In this document: in pieces, positions 39,001-52,119 of the stretch
Layout of the letters: every line of letters begins with the position of its first letter
Numbering within the stretch: the stretch's first letter is position 1
Assembly: GCF_964355755.1 (NCBI RefSeq)
Contig: NC_092679.1
Span: forward strand, 15,731,432-15,795,431
From: Antedon mediterranea
Taxonomy: Eukaryota; Animalia; Echinodermata
Direction: 5' to 3'
DNA length: 64,000 bases
The notes under the pieces: generated by a model
What the model was told of the DNA's origin: nothing
Databases searched by the model: none
What the model saw: only the letters and a program-made list of their open reading frames with translations
Position numbers and translations under genes: made by a program

Positions 39001-40904
39001 AAATATTGTATTCTTGGTCGAACTATCAACATGCGCCCTCTGTGGCAATATTTGGCCAAGTACTTTCTGAGTGCTTTCATTTTATATATTTTATATTAGG
39101 AAAGCTAGTTTCATGTTCATGAGATGATTTCTACTACTACTGCAATGCCAAAAACTGCTTACTCTCTGAGAGAAGTATTGATTGAGTAAGCTAATAACAT
39201 TAATTATAGATTTCAAGTCAGTGCAATGCTCTCGGTGAAATCATGAAATCTTATATACTGCACTTTTTAATTCATGGTATCTGTTGATAGCCATGGCCTA
39301 TTTTTAACTCTATCGTACTACTGGGGTTAGACTGTGCATGTCTACAGTATCATAGTATGTGTGTGCAGAGTCAAATGCTACACAATACCACTGTATTTTA
39401 GTTGCACATTATAAAATGTATAGCCAAACGCTATTCAAGACTATTCCAATTTCCAATAAAAAATAATGTACCCTTAAACTTGAAGACAAATTTGACTTCA
39501 ATGGTCAGTTACAATACAAAGAAAAATATAAAGTATGCTTTACTGGGGTTTCATCGGAACATAGTTTAAATTTGACCCTGAAGTATATTTTGTGTCCTTC
39601 AGCAATATTTGCAAGAGTATACTAAATTACTATACATTCATTCAATTCAGGAAGATTTTTTACTACATAAGATAGATAAATGCAAGTAAATCACTGTGTC
39701 TCGATTGTATATTGATTTAAATAAGCTATAACATTGACACAAATCTCAAGTGAGTGCAATGCTCTTGCTAAAATCATGAGATGATGTTTACTACTTTAGA
39801 TAGCTTGGATAACCCTTGCATAGAGAAGTATTGATTTGAGTAAAGCTATAATATCACAGGCTATCTCAAATCAGTGTAAACACATCAATAGGATATTACT
39901 GCATGGGCCATATTAAAAACTGCGAAGTACAGAGCAGTACAAAGAAAGATCAGAATATCAGCTCAGGCCTTTTAATATCCAAAGTTTACCAAAATCGGAC
40001 ATTGGGAGAAGTGTAAATGTAAATAAATATAATAATGTAAATATCCCAAAGCCATCATCATTTCTAATCTGTGTGTATGTTTTGTTGATGAACACAAAAA
40101 ATGACTAATGTCCATTTATCCATGTATTACTATAATAGCTAGTCATTCAAAAAACTGTTAGTACCACAAACGTTCATAATAAAATATTTATTATAATAAC
40201 AAAAATTGTAAATTGTGAGATGCCAAGTGGTTAAGACAATGGAACCGTAATACCATGCCTCTTTCAGGTGGTAGAACGAGTCTTCTCAGGTAAGGACTAT
40301 AAACCGTAGGTCCAGTGTACACATCTTACTCATGCGCCCTTTAAAAGAATCTAGTAGAACTAGTACATCTTTCGAGACCCGGTGTACTAGTATACACACA
40401 GTCACTGTCACATACAGACACAGAATAACCCTCTATATAAAGAAGGTGAAAAAACTTTAAAAATGTGAATTTTACTGGTCAATATAAATGTTTTTCATAC
40501 TTTCTTATACTTCGCTTAAATATCAGCTGCCAAATATTTGTTTAAAAATAATGTTTATGTATGATACTGCCCTCTAGCAATATATTTCCTTAACATTAAT
40601 GTTTTTGTAAATTACAACCCAACTGAGCAACAGCCTATGGCTTTGACAGAAAACAAATACCTAGATGTCAGCAGGAAGTCCTTGTAGCTGTCACATGGGA
40701 AGTCGTTCTGTCACATGATATTTGATCAGTTTAAAGGAAAACCTAGACAACAAGTTACCAACCAAAATCCTATTAAGTGTAAAAAATAAGCTTCAATAAG
40801 ACATATTTGACTAGTCTCTCGCAAACAACTCGCAGTGATCGAACTCCAACTGCTCGCATATAAACAGCAATAGTAGTATAGCATAACATTAATAAATATA
40901 AATA

Positions 40905-40944
<40 letters not shown>

Positions 40945-41305
40945 TTATATTAATTATTATATAATCTGCTAATTATCTACTAAAAACCGCTCAGTCAATA
41001 TATGCCTATATATTTCAAACAGTATTTTATTCAGAGCAAACATTTTTTTAAAATTATTTATTTATTGATTAATAAACAAATCTGATACCCAAGTACTTTT
41101 ACATTTCCCAATATTTGGGTAGTATAATATTAATAATTATTTATATTATATGATCTGCTAATTATCTACTCAAAACAGCTAAGTCAAATATGCCTATATA
41201 CATATATTTCAAACAGTATTTTATTCAGACTCAGAGCAAACATTTTTTACTTATTTATTAATAAACAAAACTGATACTCAAGTACTTTTACATTTCCCAA
41301 TATTT
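40945..41305. repeat. About 190-bp tandem duplication following a poly(A) tract (about 40907-40941)
   Basis: atctgctaattatctact...agtacttttacatttcccaatatttg occurs twice. Confidence 0.85.
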
Positions 41306-43202
41306 GTAGGATTTAGGGTATTATAGTAAACAAGTACAAATTCAAAATAGGAATATGTAATTCAATTGTAGTTATTTTTGTGTACATTTCCTGAGATTGT
41401 CTAGCCTCCTAATGACAGGACCTAGTACTGTCAAGTGGTATATAATACTGCAATCTCAAGAGTGTAAAATCCACTTTTCAGTAAAGTCTACATTTCCTGT
41501 TCCTTTCCTATAACTCCTGCTTTTATATTCATATAGATATACCATCTGACCTTCTTGTATTTTCTTACTTTCCTTGGCTGACTGCCATGTACAAGTAATT
41601 GCCTACCTGCTTACTTATTACTTTAAGACATGAAAAGCGCAATTCTAAAGTCTCGTTAATTTGTATGTTCATAGTATCCAAGTACAAGATATATTTGTTT
41701 TTTGCGAACTATATTCTTTACATTGAACTAAAACTCAATTGGATTTTTCAAAAAGGAGATTTTCCAAAGGGGAAGATTATAGAAAAACACAGTACTAGAT
41801 TCATGAATTTCCAATAGTCATTTAAAACCAACAAAAAATACATCACAATAATTTGAAACATTATTTGAATCTAATTCTAGTACTTAGATTCAAACTTGTC
41901 TCCAAAAGTTGATTATATTATTATTTATTATAATTATGATTATGAATTTTTCAATGAAAATGTTCAACCTTGTGTCAGGTTAGTTTTGTCTTTGTCACCA
42001 TGAGATGTTGATGTTACTGTTTGATTTAGGAAAATATCATCATGATTATGCACCTATGATAATCATTAATATTCATAATAATGTAATTATCAAACCCTTA
42101 CTCTACCGGAAAGCTCATTATCTTAATTTCTGCATAAAATAAAATTCAGAAAATAAAGTTGCCAAGAAATAATATAATCTAACGATAAATAATAGTTTGA
42201 AAAATCATAGAGAGCAATTTTAAAACTGTGAAAATAAAGGATTTAAAGAAAAACTGCGAATATAAACAGATTTAAAATTAACTATTGTTTAAATTTAACC
42301 TTTCTATGTACCTCATAATTGCAAATTTCTTTTCAAATTATTAATTTATTAAAATATTCATGGTAAATTGCATTTAGAAGTCATTTAGGTTTTAAAAGGA
42401 TGCAGAGACATTATCAGTGTAAAACTGTGTACAATCACGGACAATGATGAAGCTTATTTAGTTTAATTTACTACTGAATTTAATGGTTTTGGCAACAAAT
42501 CATGCACAGAAATTAGCTTTCTTCTCAATTAATGATAAACATAGCGCTCAAGAATTCTCATATTTCATAATGCATGCCTTCATATTTCATAATGCATGCC
42601 TTCATTTGCTATGTGACAATCGACTTTAATGCATTGCATTTTGATAGATGTGTAAGCACCCACCGAGGGAGAAGTACACTACCCCAAGAGATATGGCCCA
42701 GGCCCCCACCACCTCAACAGCAAAAGATAAGACATTAGCTATTTAAGTTCAGTACTTCTACAATTTGTAGGCCCTGTGCTACTGCTATTAAAATCCTGGA
42801 TCTGCCAAACTGTTAAACCCAGATTTTGGAAATTACACTGCAAAACATAGAACATTTAGTCGAGCAATTAATTTTACAATTTGTAGGCCCTGCACCCCTT
42901 TATTTCAAAATCTGCCAATGCACATTCATCCACAGCACACAATTTTTTATATAAGCAAAATTATGAATTAACATTATTAAAACTACAAACTGGCCTACTC
43001 AAAGTTTGATTTTTATTTTTCATGTTTTAGTGGGCGACAATACATCTTGGTCAGTGTATTATATTGGTCGGATACCTTATCTCGTACCTCTTTTTCATGA
43101 TTTTAACAATATTGGCTTTTTATATAAATGCTTCTTCACAATAACCTTTAAATGTGTCACATGTTACATTAAATGAATAAATTTCTTTGCCAGTGTTCTT
43201 AC

Positions 43203-43321
43203 CTGTTTGAGAACGCATACTCTCTACTATATGGTCGCCTAAAGCTTCCATCTCGATTTGGAAAACCTGGAAATGTCGGCATGCCTAAAAAATTATTCCT
43301 CCACATACGTCTAATATCCAT
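43203..43321 (-). CDS. Candidate alternative first coding exon (1b) of PACS
   Basis: ATG preceded by an in-frame TGA; MDIRRMWRNNFLGMPTFPGFPNRDGSFRRPYSREYAFSN ends at CAG|GTAAGA in phase 2, the phase required by exon 2; no transcript evidence. Confidence 0.45.
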
Positions 43322-44625
43322 CCTGACATCCTCACAATACAAACATTTTCCTCAGTTTTCACAGTATTTCACATAGAGCTAGGCCGGTTATTGCAACAGG
43401 TATGAATCAACAAATGAGGCCTAGTGGTTCAGACTAGGTGGATTACCTCGACCGGTATATTTCATAAACTAGGGCTAGCACCAGACAAAACACTCGACCT
43501 GTCATATATTGAATTGTAAATTGTCAGGCAGTTTTTAAAAAGGAAATATATAGCGATTATATGGAAGACAATGCCTATTAAACAAAGCATTGCTGTTAAT
43601 CTATTGATGATGATATTGATGGTATAATCAATATTGCCCCATAACTCTCGGCCTAGGCCAAATCTGTGTCGCAACCTACACGTCTGTATTGAAATCTCCA
43701 TTGATCAGTATTTGTTTTAACTCTGAAGTTCTCACCTTCAAGAATTCACTCATTCATACAGTACATTCTGTACAAGGTTAATCATATTTTATGACAAGTT
43801 TTGCACCAATCAAAATTAAAGATTGTCTCCCTGTAAAAAATATTTTTTTAACTATTTTTTTGGTTGAATATGTCATTTTAATGTTGCATAATAGTGACAA
43901 AAAAAATGTGTTCGGGAAAAAAAATGATTTACCTGAAAAAACTGTAATTTAAGCAAATAGTTGTCAAGTTTGCTGACACTCAATGGGTTTTTGGTTGAAT
44001 TTAAACCGTTTATTATTTCATTCAAGTAAAAACATTATTTTTGGGGGTTTTTTTCTGAGGAAGTGATTAACTTTGTTAAAATTACAAAATGGCCTATTCC
44101 AAGTCTTTTTTCTTTCATTTATTTGGCATCTCAATAAATAACATTAAAAATACATCAATAATATATAAAATCACCTTAAATATTAATATACATGTACATC
44201 AAAAAAGCAAATAAAAATGGCGGGATTAATGAAGTCTTAATTAATTAATTAACCTTCATTTTTCATGAATTTAGGGACAATATCATCATCGTTTACTAGC
44301 AATAACCTGGATCCAATATTTTCGCACAAAATTGACGTTCTATTCGGAAATTATTTTTTCCCAATTCTATTGATCTCAAAAGTTACATAACAAAATATTT
44401 GAATAACAACTATACAATTACTGCAAATCCTATTAAGTTATAATTCATGTTTCACTATCCAGAAAATCTTTAAAAATTCCAAAAATAGTAGGAAACAACA
44501 TAAAAATGTATTTATAAAATTGACAAAGAATTGAAACAAAGTTTTGAATAAGCAATTAAATAATGGTGTCAACAGTAGTGCTATTGTGATTTAACCAATA
44601 TTTACAACTTCCCTGTAGTGTAAAT

Positions 44626-45237
44626 AGGGACTTTTAGATTATCACATCGACTACTGTATGTTGACTGCTACCCTATTACTTTTGTGATATGCGCATGCGC
44701 TAGGCGACTGGTATGTCGACTGGCAAATTTTAGTGCTTTCAGTGGTATCTTGGTATTCGCCCTCTGCCATGAGTACCAATGGACGTATGAAGCCGTAACA
44801 TTGCAAATGTTTACCCAAAATCATCTCGAGAATGTAATAAAGTGAATTTCAGTCAAATTATATTGGTAAACTGTTTATATTGAATTTTATTGGTTATTTG
44901 AAATAAAGCTTGTAATAATACAGGTTACGGCCTCGGTCTTATAACTATGATGCCAGCCTTTGATCAGAAAATTAAGGATCTACTCTAGGCCTAAGCTACA
45001 CACATAGCCTGGCCTATTAAGTCTGTGTACTTCCACCGACATAGCGCGGTGAAATAGCTTGACGGACGAATGCTACAGTATGAAGATAACAATGTCATTA
45101 AAGTCATACGTTTACCGGCACGTCAACGTATATGTCCACTTAATCTAAATGTTCCTATTTCTGTCGACGAGAACAGTCGACTACGACTCATGTGGACATG
45201 ACCATTGTGTGCACGTTCACACAATCTAAAAGTCCCT
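44626..45237. mobile_element. MITE (PIF/Harbinger-group-like)
   Basis: TIR AGGGACTTTTAGATT / AATCTAAAAGTCCCT; gtcgact motifs at both ends. Confidence 0.78.
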
Positions 45238-47670
45238 TATTGGAAAAGTCTGTATACCACCGCCACTAAAAAGGCTGATCCAATGAGAAAGCTCTAGACC
45301 AGTCGGTCAGGCTACTTCAGGCCTTATTGCTAAAAATAGGACATTAGGTTAAGTTCAGTTCATTTTTATGCCATCCCGCCCCTACTTTAAAATTCCGTTA
45401 TTGGACTCTACCCATTAGCCTCAATGATAATTTATTAAATTCTGGTTATTATCGCTACAGTTTCCTTATTTTAAACACAGAAATTTCATCCATATCAACA
45501 AACATACAAACAGAGAAAATTCGCAAGCTCTAAGTTTAAATATATAGGCAAATAATGAGACACTGTTTTTTAAACAATTTTATGATATTCTTACTACTTT
45601 CCATGTTTAACCTTTAGTTTTTATGCAATGTTTGTATTTGTTGCCTTTGTATTTTACCCTTGTGCTTGCGCTATATAAGAATGAAACTATTATTATTTTG
45701 GTGTCGTACTGTTTCCTTTTAGTTTTACCAATTTTATCATATTTTATTATGTTTTTTTTAGACAAGTTGTGCTTCACGAAATAAAATAATTGAATTAAAT
45801 TCCCACTTCACAGGTGTGTAAGAAAAGAGCGTAGTTATTTGATCTCAAGTTTATTAATTCTACAGTACTCGACACATAATTACTGTACACCTACACAACA
45901 AAAATTCACTATTTCCTGCTACTGTAAAACCCAATTATGCAATAAACAGGTCATCAATTGGTCACATGAAATCAATAACTGACCTCTAAGGCTATATTGA
46001 TCAAACTGCATGAACATGCACTCTAATTAACCTCCAACAAACGCTGCCTTTAAAACTAAAAATCTAGAGTGTTTAGGTTTGACAAAACATTTGAAAGAAA
46101 AATTCTTAGAAAACTGTTTTTGAACGATCATTGGAAGCACACACTGATATGGTTGCAAACTGTACATTGATTGTATCATGTCTATAGCAATTTATTTAGA
46201 AACTTTCAATTTCGCAATGGTGAGCACAATGTATGGAGCACCAGCAAATAGCCAATCTGTGCATGAAACCTTTTCACATGACAAACTTTGGTCAATACCG
46301 GTAATAATATTTCATAGTCAGTAAAACAGTTTGTAATATCATTTTATTTAAAGGTCTGTTTACACTATCAAACTAAAGTACATGGTATTGATATGCCCAA
46401 ATATGGTAGTGGGAAAACATCATCATGTTCATATATGCACATCACATTTTTTGTCACAATAAGTTTGATAGTGAAGACAGCTTAATGGTTTTTCTTCAAT
46501 TTACATCTCGGGTCGTAATACACAGGCCTTGTTTTTTTTAAAAGGTGAGCTACAAATTGGCCTCCTCGGCACATTCAGGGGTGTAGGTGTGCTGTTTGTA
46601 TCTTGAAGTTCACCAAATTTATGTGTGCTGTAAAGCGCAGGGGCATTTTAATACTGTAGTAATATTAGGTGTGTGATCACACACTGACACCTAAAAAGAC
46701 AAGACTTGCACATACAGTAGTTACAGATGCCACAACAAATTATACAGATCAATAGATTGTCACACAATCATTTTACGAAAAAAAATGCGTACCAAAAAGG
46801 CAGTCGAATTGCAGTCTACAAGACTACAGTAGTACTCTTTGGACATGGTAGGCAGATTAGTCCATTATTATAGAGGGATGTTCAAGATGCTATTAGCTAC
46901 TGTTAGCACAGGCTATTGTTGGTTTTTATCCGGGTAAGCTACTGTAAAGTTTGTGTATTATTCTGTCACATGCCACACTGTACCCTCACCAAAATAGAAT
47001 TTAATAAAATTTACCACAAATAGCTTAGGATAAAGGTAAAATGTCAATAAACTTTTTGATATTATCACATTTCATTCTATTATTAAAAAAAGTTTCGTTT
47101 TAGTTATCTGATTCAATATGACACACACGGAAATTGAGGGAATCAAATAACTAGGTGCCTAGGTTATTGATAGAATAGAATGCAGATCTATTTAAACAGA
47201 TAGCAAGTTCTGGCTTCGTAAATTAAAAGTGTCTGTACTATATTAAACACGTATAAAGGCCCCATAACAAAAATGTTTATATCATCATTATCTAGCCCTA
47301 GGTTTACAAGGCTAGTCTAGAGGGCTAGGCCAACAGCATGCTTCTTAGTGAAATATTTTTTTTTTTTAAGGCGAGACTGACCAGCAAACACTGATGGGGT
47401 GAAAAAAAACATCCTCTTTCCTCATCAGTTTTGAGCTGGAGATATGGTAATAAAATAATAATTTTTGTTATGGGGCTTAATCACCAGTGGCTTAATGCAT
47501 TGGCCTGAGGACCCTGGTTTATGGACTCTAAGTGACCCCTCCCCAAATACTTGCGGCCTCTGTCGACATATTTTTCTAATGTTTTTTTTCCCATCCTGCT
47601 CAGAGGCCCCTATAAGCTCTGGGCTCTTTGTTTTTTTAGCCAGTGAGCACTCATAGCTGTTAAGCCAACT

Positions 47671-48657
47671 CGGCCGTTCCAAGGCAAAACAACGTAACTA
47701 AAAAATGTTGCTTTTCGAGAAAAATTGAATTGAAGTTTGAGCGTTTGCATTTCAACAACAAATTATTGTAATGATGTGAAAGTTTGCATGAGTATATAAA
47801 TAATAATTATTATTAAATACAAAATGTTAAATAATTTAAACAATTTGATCAAAAGTTATTGCCACTTTTAACAGATACGTTGTTTTGCCTTAGAAATGAC
47901 GTGCATAGAATGAAAGTCATTTCTGAGGCAAAACAACGTAACTGCGATATTCTGTGGCAAAACAACGTAACTGTGATGATTTTAAAAACAATGGATTTTT
48001 GAACAAAAGGGAAGGCTGCGATCATCTATGATGGCTAGGAACTAGGTTGGCTTAACAAATAGTGTGTTATGCGCGATTTGAACGATTTGCGCAATTTGAA
48101 ATTGCGCAAAAAAATCCTTGCGCAATTTGAAATTGCGCAAAGAATTCTTGCGCAATTTTAAATTGCGCAAGGATTTTTTTGCGCAATTTCAAATTGCGCA
48201 ATCAACTTGCGCAATTTCAAATTGCGCAAGAAAATCTTTGCGCAATTTTAAATTGCGCTGCACAATTTGTAAATTGCGCAAGATAGTTCTTGCGCAATAT
48301 GACACCTTTGCGCAATTTGAAAACGAACTGTAAATTTTCCCATACATGGCTAGGCTAGGCCTAGGCAGAGGAGTTTAAAATTTAGTATTATTTTTATTAT
48401 ATAAATAAGACCATTTCAATGAAGATAATGTTTAATACTCACTTTTTAAGTTTTTAATATTAGTTTAAGCTAGGCCATGTAACCTAGTCAGTATCAGTAG
48501 TCCAGACTACTACAGATAGGTACTATCTCTAAAATTAATGATCTCTGAAACCTGAAATTTTTACAGGTTGTTCATAAATTTGTAATAATTCCCCAAATGT
48601 AAAAATTTCAAAAATTGACAAAAATGCGAGTTACGTGGTTTTGCCTTGGAACGGCCG
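47671..48657. mobile_element. Non-autonomous DNA transposon with 4-bp TSD (Sola-like) and an internal palindromic array
   Basis: AACT|CGGCCGTTCCAAGGCAAAAC.ACGTAACT...AGTTACGT.GTTTTGCCTTGGAACGGCCG|AACT; internal copies of the TIR motif; TTGCGCAA array at 48085-48320. Confidence 0.85.
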
Positions 48658-48922
48658 AACTGGTAATCACACATTTAATAAGAAATTAACAGTTAGAATC
48701 AATGCATAGGAATGTTACAAGGTTTGAATGAACCACAACATTTTCCTTTAATATCATAATTTCTTTAAAAATCCTTCATAATTTATTGGCCATACAGTTA
48801 ATTGTCCACAAAAAAAATGACTTGGTATTTTGCACCGCTTCAATTAGACATCATATATTTAGGTGATCATTTAGAATAAAATGATCACCTATTGTTATTG
48901 TATGAAATCTTTATTCTTCTTC

Positions 48923-51900
48923 TTATTGGTTATCCGCAACGAAGTTGCAGGATAACCTCTTGTGATTGTACGAAATCATCATCATCAACATCTTTTTAGT
49001 TATCCGCACTATGGCGGATAACTCCTTGTAACTGTCCTGTTTCATCATCTTTTTTTTTTTTTTTTTTTTCTGTATTATTCTTCTTTCTTTCTGTCATTTT
49101 TGTGCAGAGCGTATCTCTAAAACGTGTAAAGTTAACATTTTATAACTTTGTCAACATATGGGCAATCAGGTGAAGTTGTGCTTTCCTATAATTGAATGAC
49201 GTCAGAGTTGCGCAACATGACTTACGCGCGTTTTTATGAATTTCGCGTATTTAACATAGATCGAAAACCATATAACAATTTAAATTGAAACTTAGCAAAA
49301 GTCTAATTTATATCGTGCGCTAACTTTTTGTGCACTAAAAATGGCATGTTTTACACGAAGCTACGCGCGCACGCGCGTTTAAAATTTTGCGATGCGAAAA
49401 ATTAATTTCTAATCAACTTTATACGCGTTTCATGTCATTTTGAGCATGTCAAAAATTCCCACACGTGCGCAAATTTTTACGCGCGTGGTGCACACGTAGC
49501 GTTAAAAACGTCATTTTTTCGAGTGATTTATGTTTTTCCAGCCTTTTCTAGTAATTTTACCAACTTTTAAATAATTTCGACTTCAAATTACGTCATACGA
49601 GCACGTACAATATGATAATTTGCGCGCTTTTTTGATGAAAAACTTCAAAAATTCGTCAAAATTAAGGCTTTTTTTAAACAATCGTAGTTTCTAAACTAAA
49701 CGGTAAAAATTATTTTTATTACATATTCTGGAAGTTGATGAGTTGTAGATATCAGATCATGCATTAATATGGCTAACCGGACATTGTGACGTCATCGTAT
49801 GGCCACGCGAATATGAAATTTAGGATTTTTGTATCTTTCGTCATAACTGCTCACATTTAATAGAGGGCATCTCCACTTATCCGTTTTCCATTTTCACCCC
49901 AATTTTGATATTGTCTAGGTCAATCAACTATCTTTAGCATGAGTTGAAAATATTTTAATTTTTATGACGTCATCATGCCTAAAAATTTAAATTACGTGTG
50001 GCATTAATTTCATCTTTACGGTAAATTTCAATCTGTTATAGCTCGTAAGAATAAAATGTGATAATCGCGATTAAAACGTTTTCTTGAAGCTATTGGATTG
50101 TAGATACAAAATCATGTAAAAATTTTGCCAATCGGATGTGATGACGTCATCATATGGCCAGTTAAATAAAAAAAGTCGTATTTTCATCTTTTGCGTCATA
50201 GTTCATTACATTTAAAAGAGCGCGCATTAATATTTCACGCATTCAAATTTCTTCTACACGTTAATATGTTGTTGCTGAGATAATTTCCTTCCAAAATTGC
50301 TACCTTCGCGTTTCATTTTAAAACCATCAACATGTTAAAAATTGCAATAAATAGCGGGTCCCGTAATTTCCCCTATTCTACACTGTATGTGATATGTATA
50401 CAGATTACAGTGTGTATACTATATATGAATCAAAATAATAGAATTCAGCAATAACAACATATCATAGTCTTCAGTTCAGGTCATAATGCCATAATCTTTT
50501 TCCGTGTGCAATATTCCAACGTATGGCGTGGACGTGGCGTTTGTCGTGCGGATAACTAACTCGTCAAAGTGACGAGTTTCATGTCTAGTTCTTAATCTTC
50601 TTTCTTTCTGTATGATTTTTGTGTAACGCTTTTCTCTAAAACTTGCAAACATAACATTTTGTTAACTATGTTAACATTTTGACATTTATGTAACGTCGTC
50701 ATGCGAAGCTTTTCATGATGTTTACAATTGCGCAACGTGACGTACGCGCGATTTAACGATTTTCTCGTATTTAACATATGTCGAAAACCAAATAACATTT
50801 TAAAGTGAAACTTTGCAAAAGTTTAATTTATATCATGCGCTAACTTTCTGTTGAAAAAAAATTGCGTGTTTTACACAAAGTTACGCGCGCACGCGCATTT
50901 AAAATTTCAAAATGCGCAAAATTAATTTATAATCAACTTTCTACGCGTTTCATGTCGTTTTAAGCATGTCAAAAATTCCCACGCGTGCGCACATTTTTAA
51001 GTGTGCGGTGCGCACGTAGCATTGAAAACGTATTTTTTTCGCGTGATTTATATTTTTCCAGCCTTTTCTAGTAATTTTACCAAATTTTAAACAATTTCGA
51101 CTTAAAGATACGTCATACGAGCACGTCGAATTGGACAATTTGCGCGCGTTTTTTATGAAAAGGTTAAAAAACTTGTTTAAAATATGCCTTTTTTTAAACA
51201 GTTGTAATTTCTAAACTAGACGGTCAACTTTTTGTGGATGACATATTCTGGAAGTAGATGAGTTGTAGATATCGGATCAGGTATTAATATGGCTAACCGG
51301 ACATTGTGACGTCATCGTATGGCCACGCGAATATAAAATTTAGGATTTTTGTATCTTTCGTCATAGCTCTACACATTGAATAGAGCGCATCTCCACTTAT
51401 TCGTTTTCCATTTTCACCCCGATTTTGATATTGTCTAGGTCAATTAACTATCTTTCGCATGAGTTAAAAATATTTTAATTTTTTTGACGTCATCATGCCT
51501 AAAAATTTAAATCACGTGTGGCATCAATTTCATCTTTACAGTAAATTTTAATCTGTTATAGCACGTAAGAATAAAATGTGATAATCACGATTAAAACTTT
51601 TTCTGGAAGCTATTGGACTGTAGATACGAAATTATGTAAAAATGTTGCCAATCGGATGTTGTGACGTCATCATATGGCCAGTTAAATAAAAAAGGTCGTA
51701 TTTTCATTTCTTGCGTCATAATTCATTACATTTAAACGAGCGCGCATCAATATTTCACGTATTCAAATTTCTTCTACACGCTAATACGTTGTTGCTGAGA
51801 TAATTTCCTTTCGGAATTGCTACCTTTGCGTTTCATTTTAAAACCGTCAACATGTTAAAAATTGCAATAAATAGCGGGTCCCGTAATTTCACCAATTCTA

Positions 51901-52119
51901 TGTATGTCACTGTATGTGATATGGATACAGATTATACTGTGTATACTATATATGAATTTAAATAATAAAATTCAGCAATAATAATATATCATATTCTTCA
52001 GTTCAGGTCATAATGCCAACTAACTTCCTTTTGTCCTCAACCTATCCCCTTAATGTTAATGTTGCACCACTTGCGCGGCGGATAACCAAACTCGTCAAAG
52101 TGACGAGTTACATGTCTAG
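48923..52119 (+). mobile_element. Helentron/DINE-like element B (inside C)
   Basis: 5' GGTTATCCGC..GGATAACC; 3' GCGGATAACC + aactcgtca-aag-tgacgagtt + CTAG|T. Confidence 0.8.
48993..50588 (+). mobile_element. Helentron/DINE-like element A (innermost, intact, about 1.6 kb)
   Basis: 5' AGTTATCCGC..GCGGATAACT; 3' GCGGATAACT + aactcgtca-aag-tgacgagtt + CTAG|T; body aligns with 50590-52119 and more loosely with 52120-53646. Confidence 0.82.

Noticed and set aside
48118-48333. Repetitive 71-aa ORF
   Set aside because: Translation of the TTGCGCAA palindromic array
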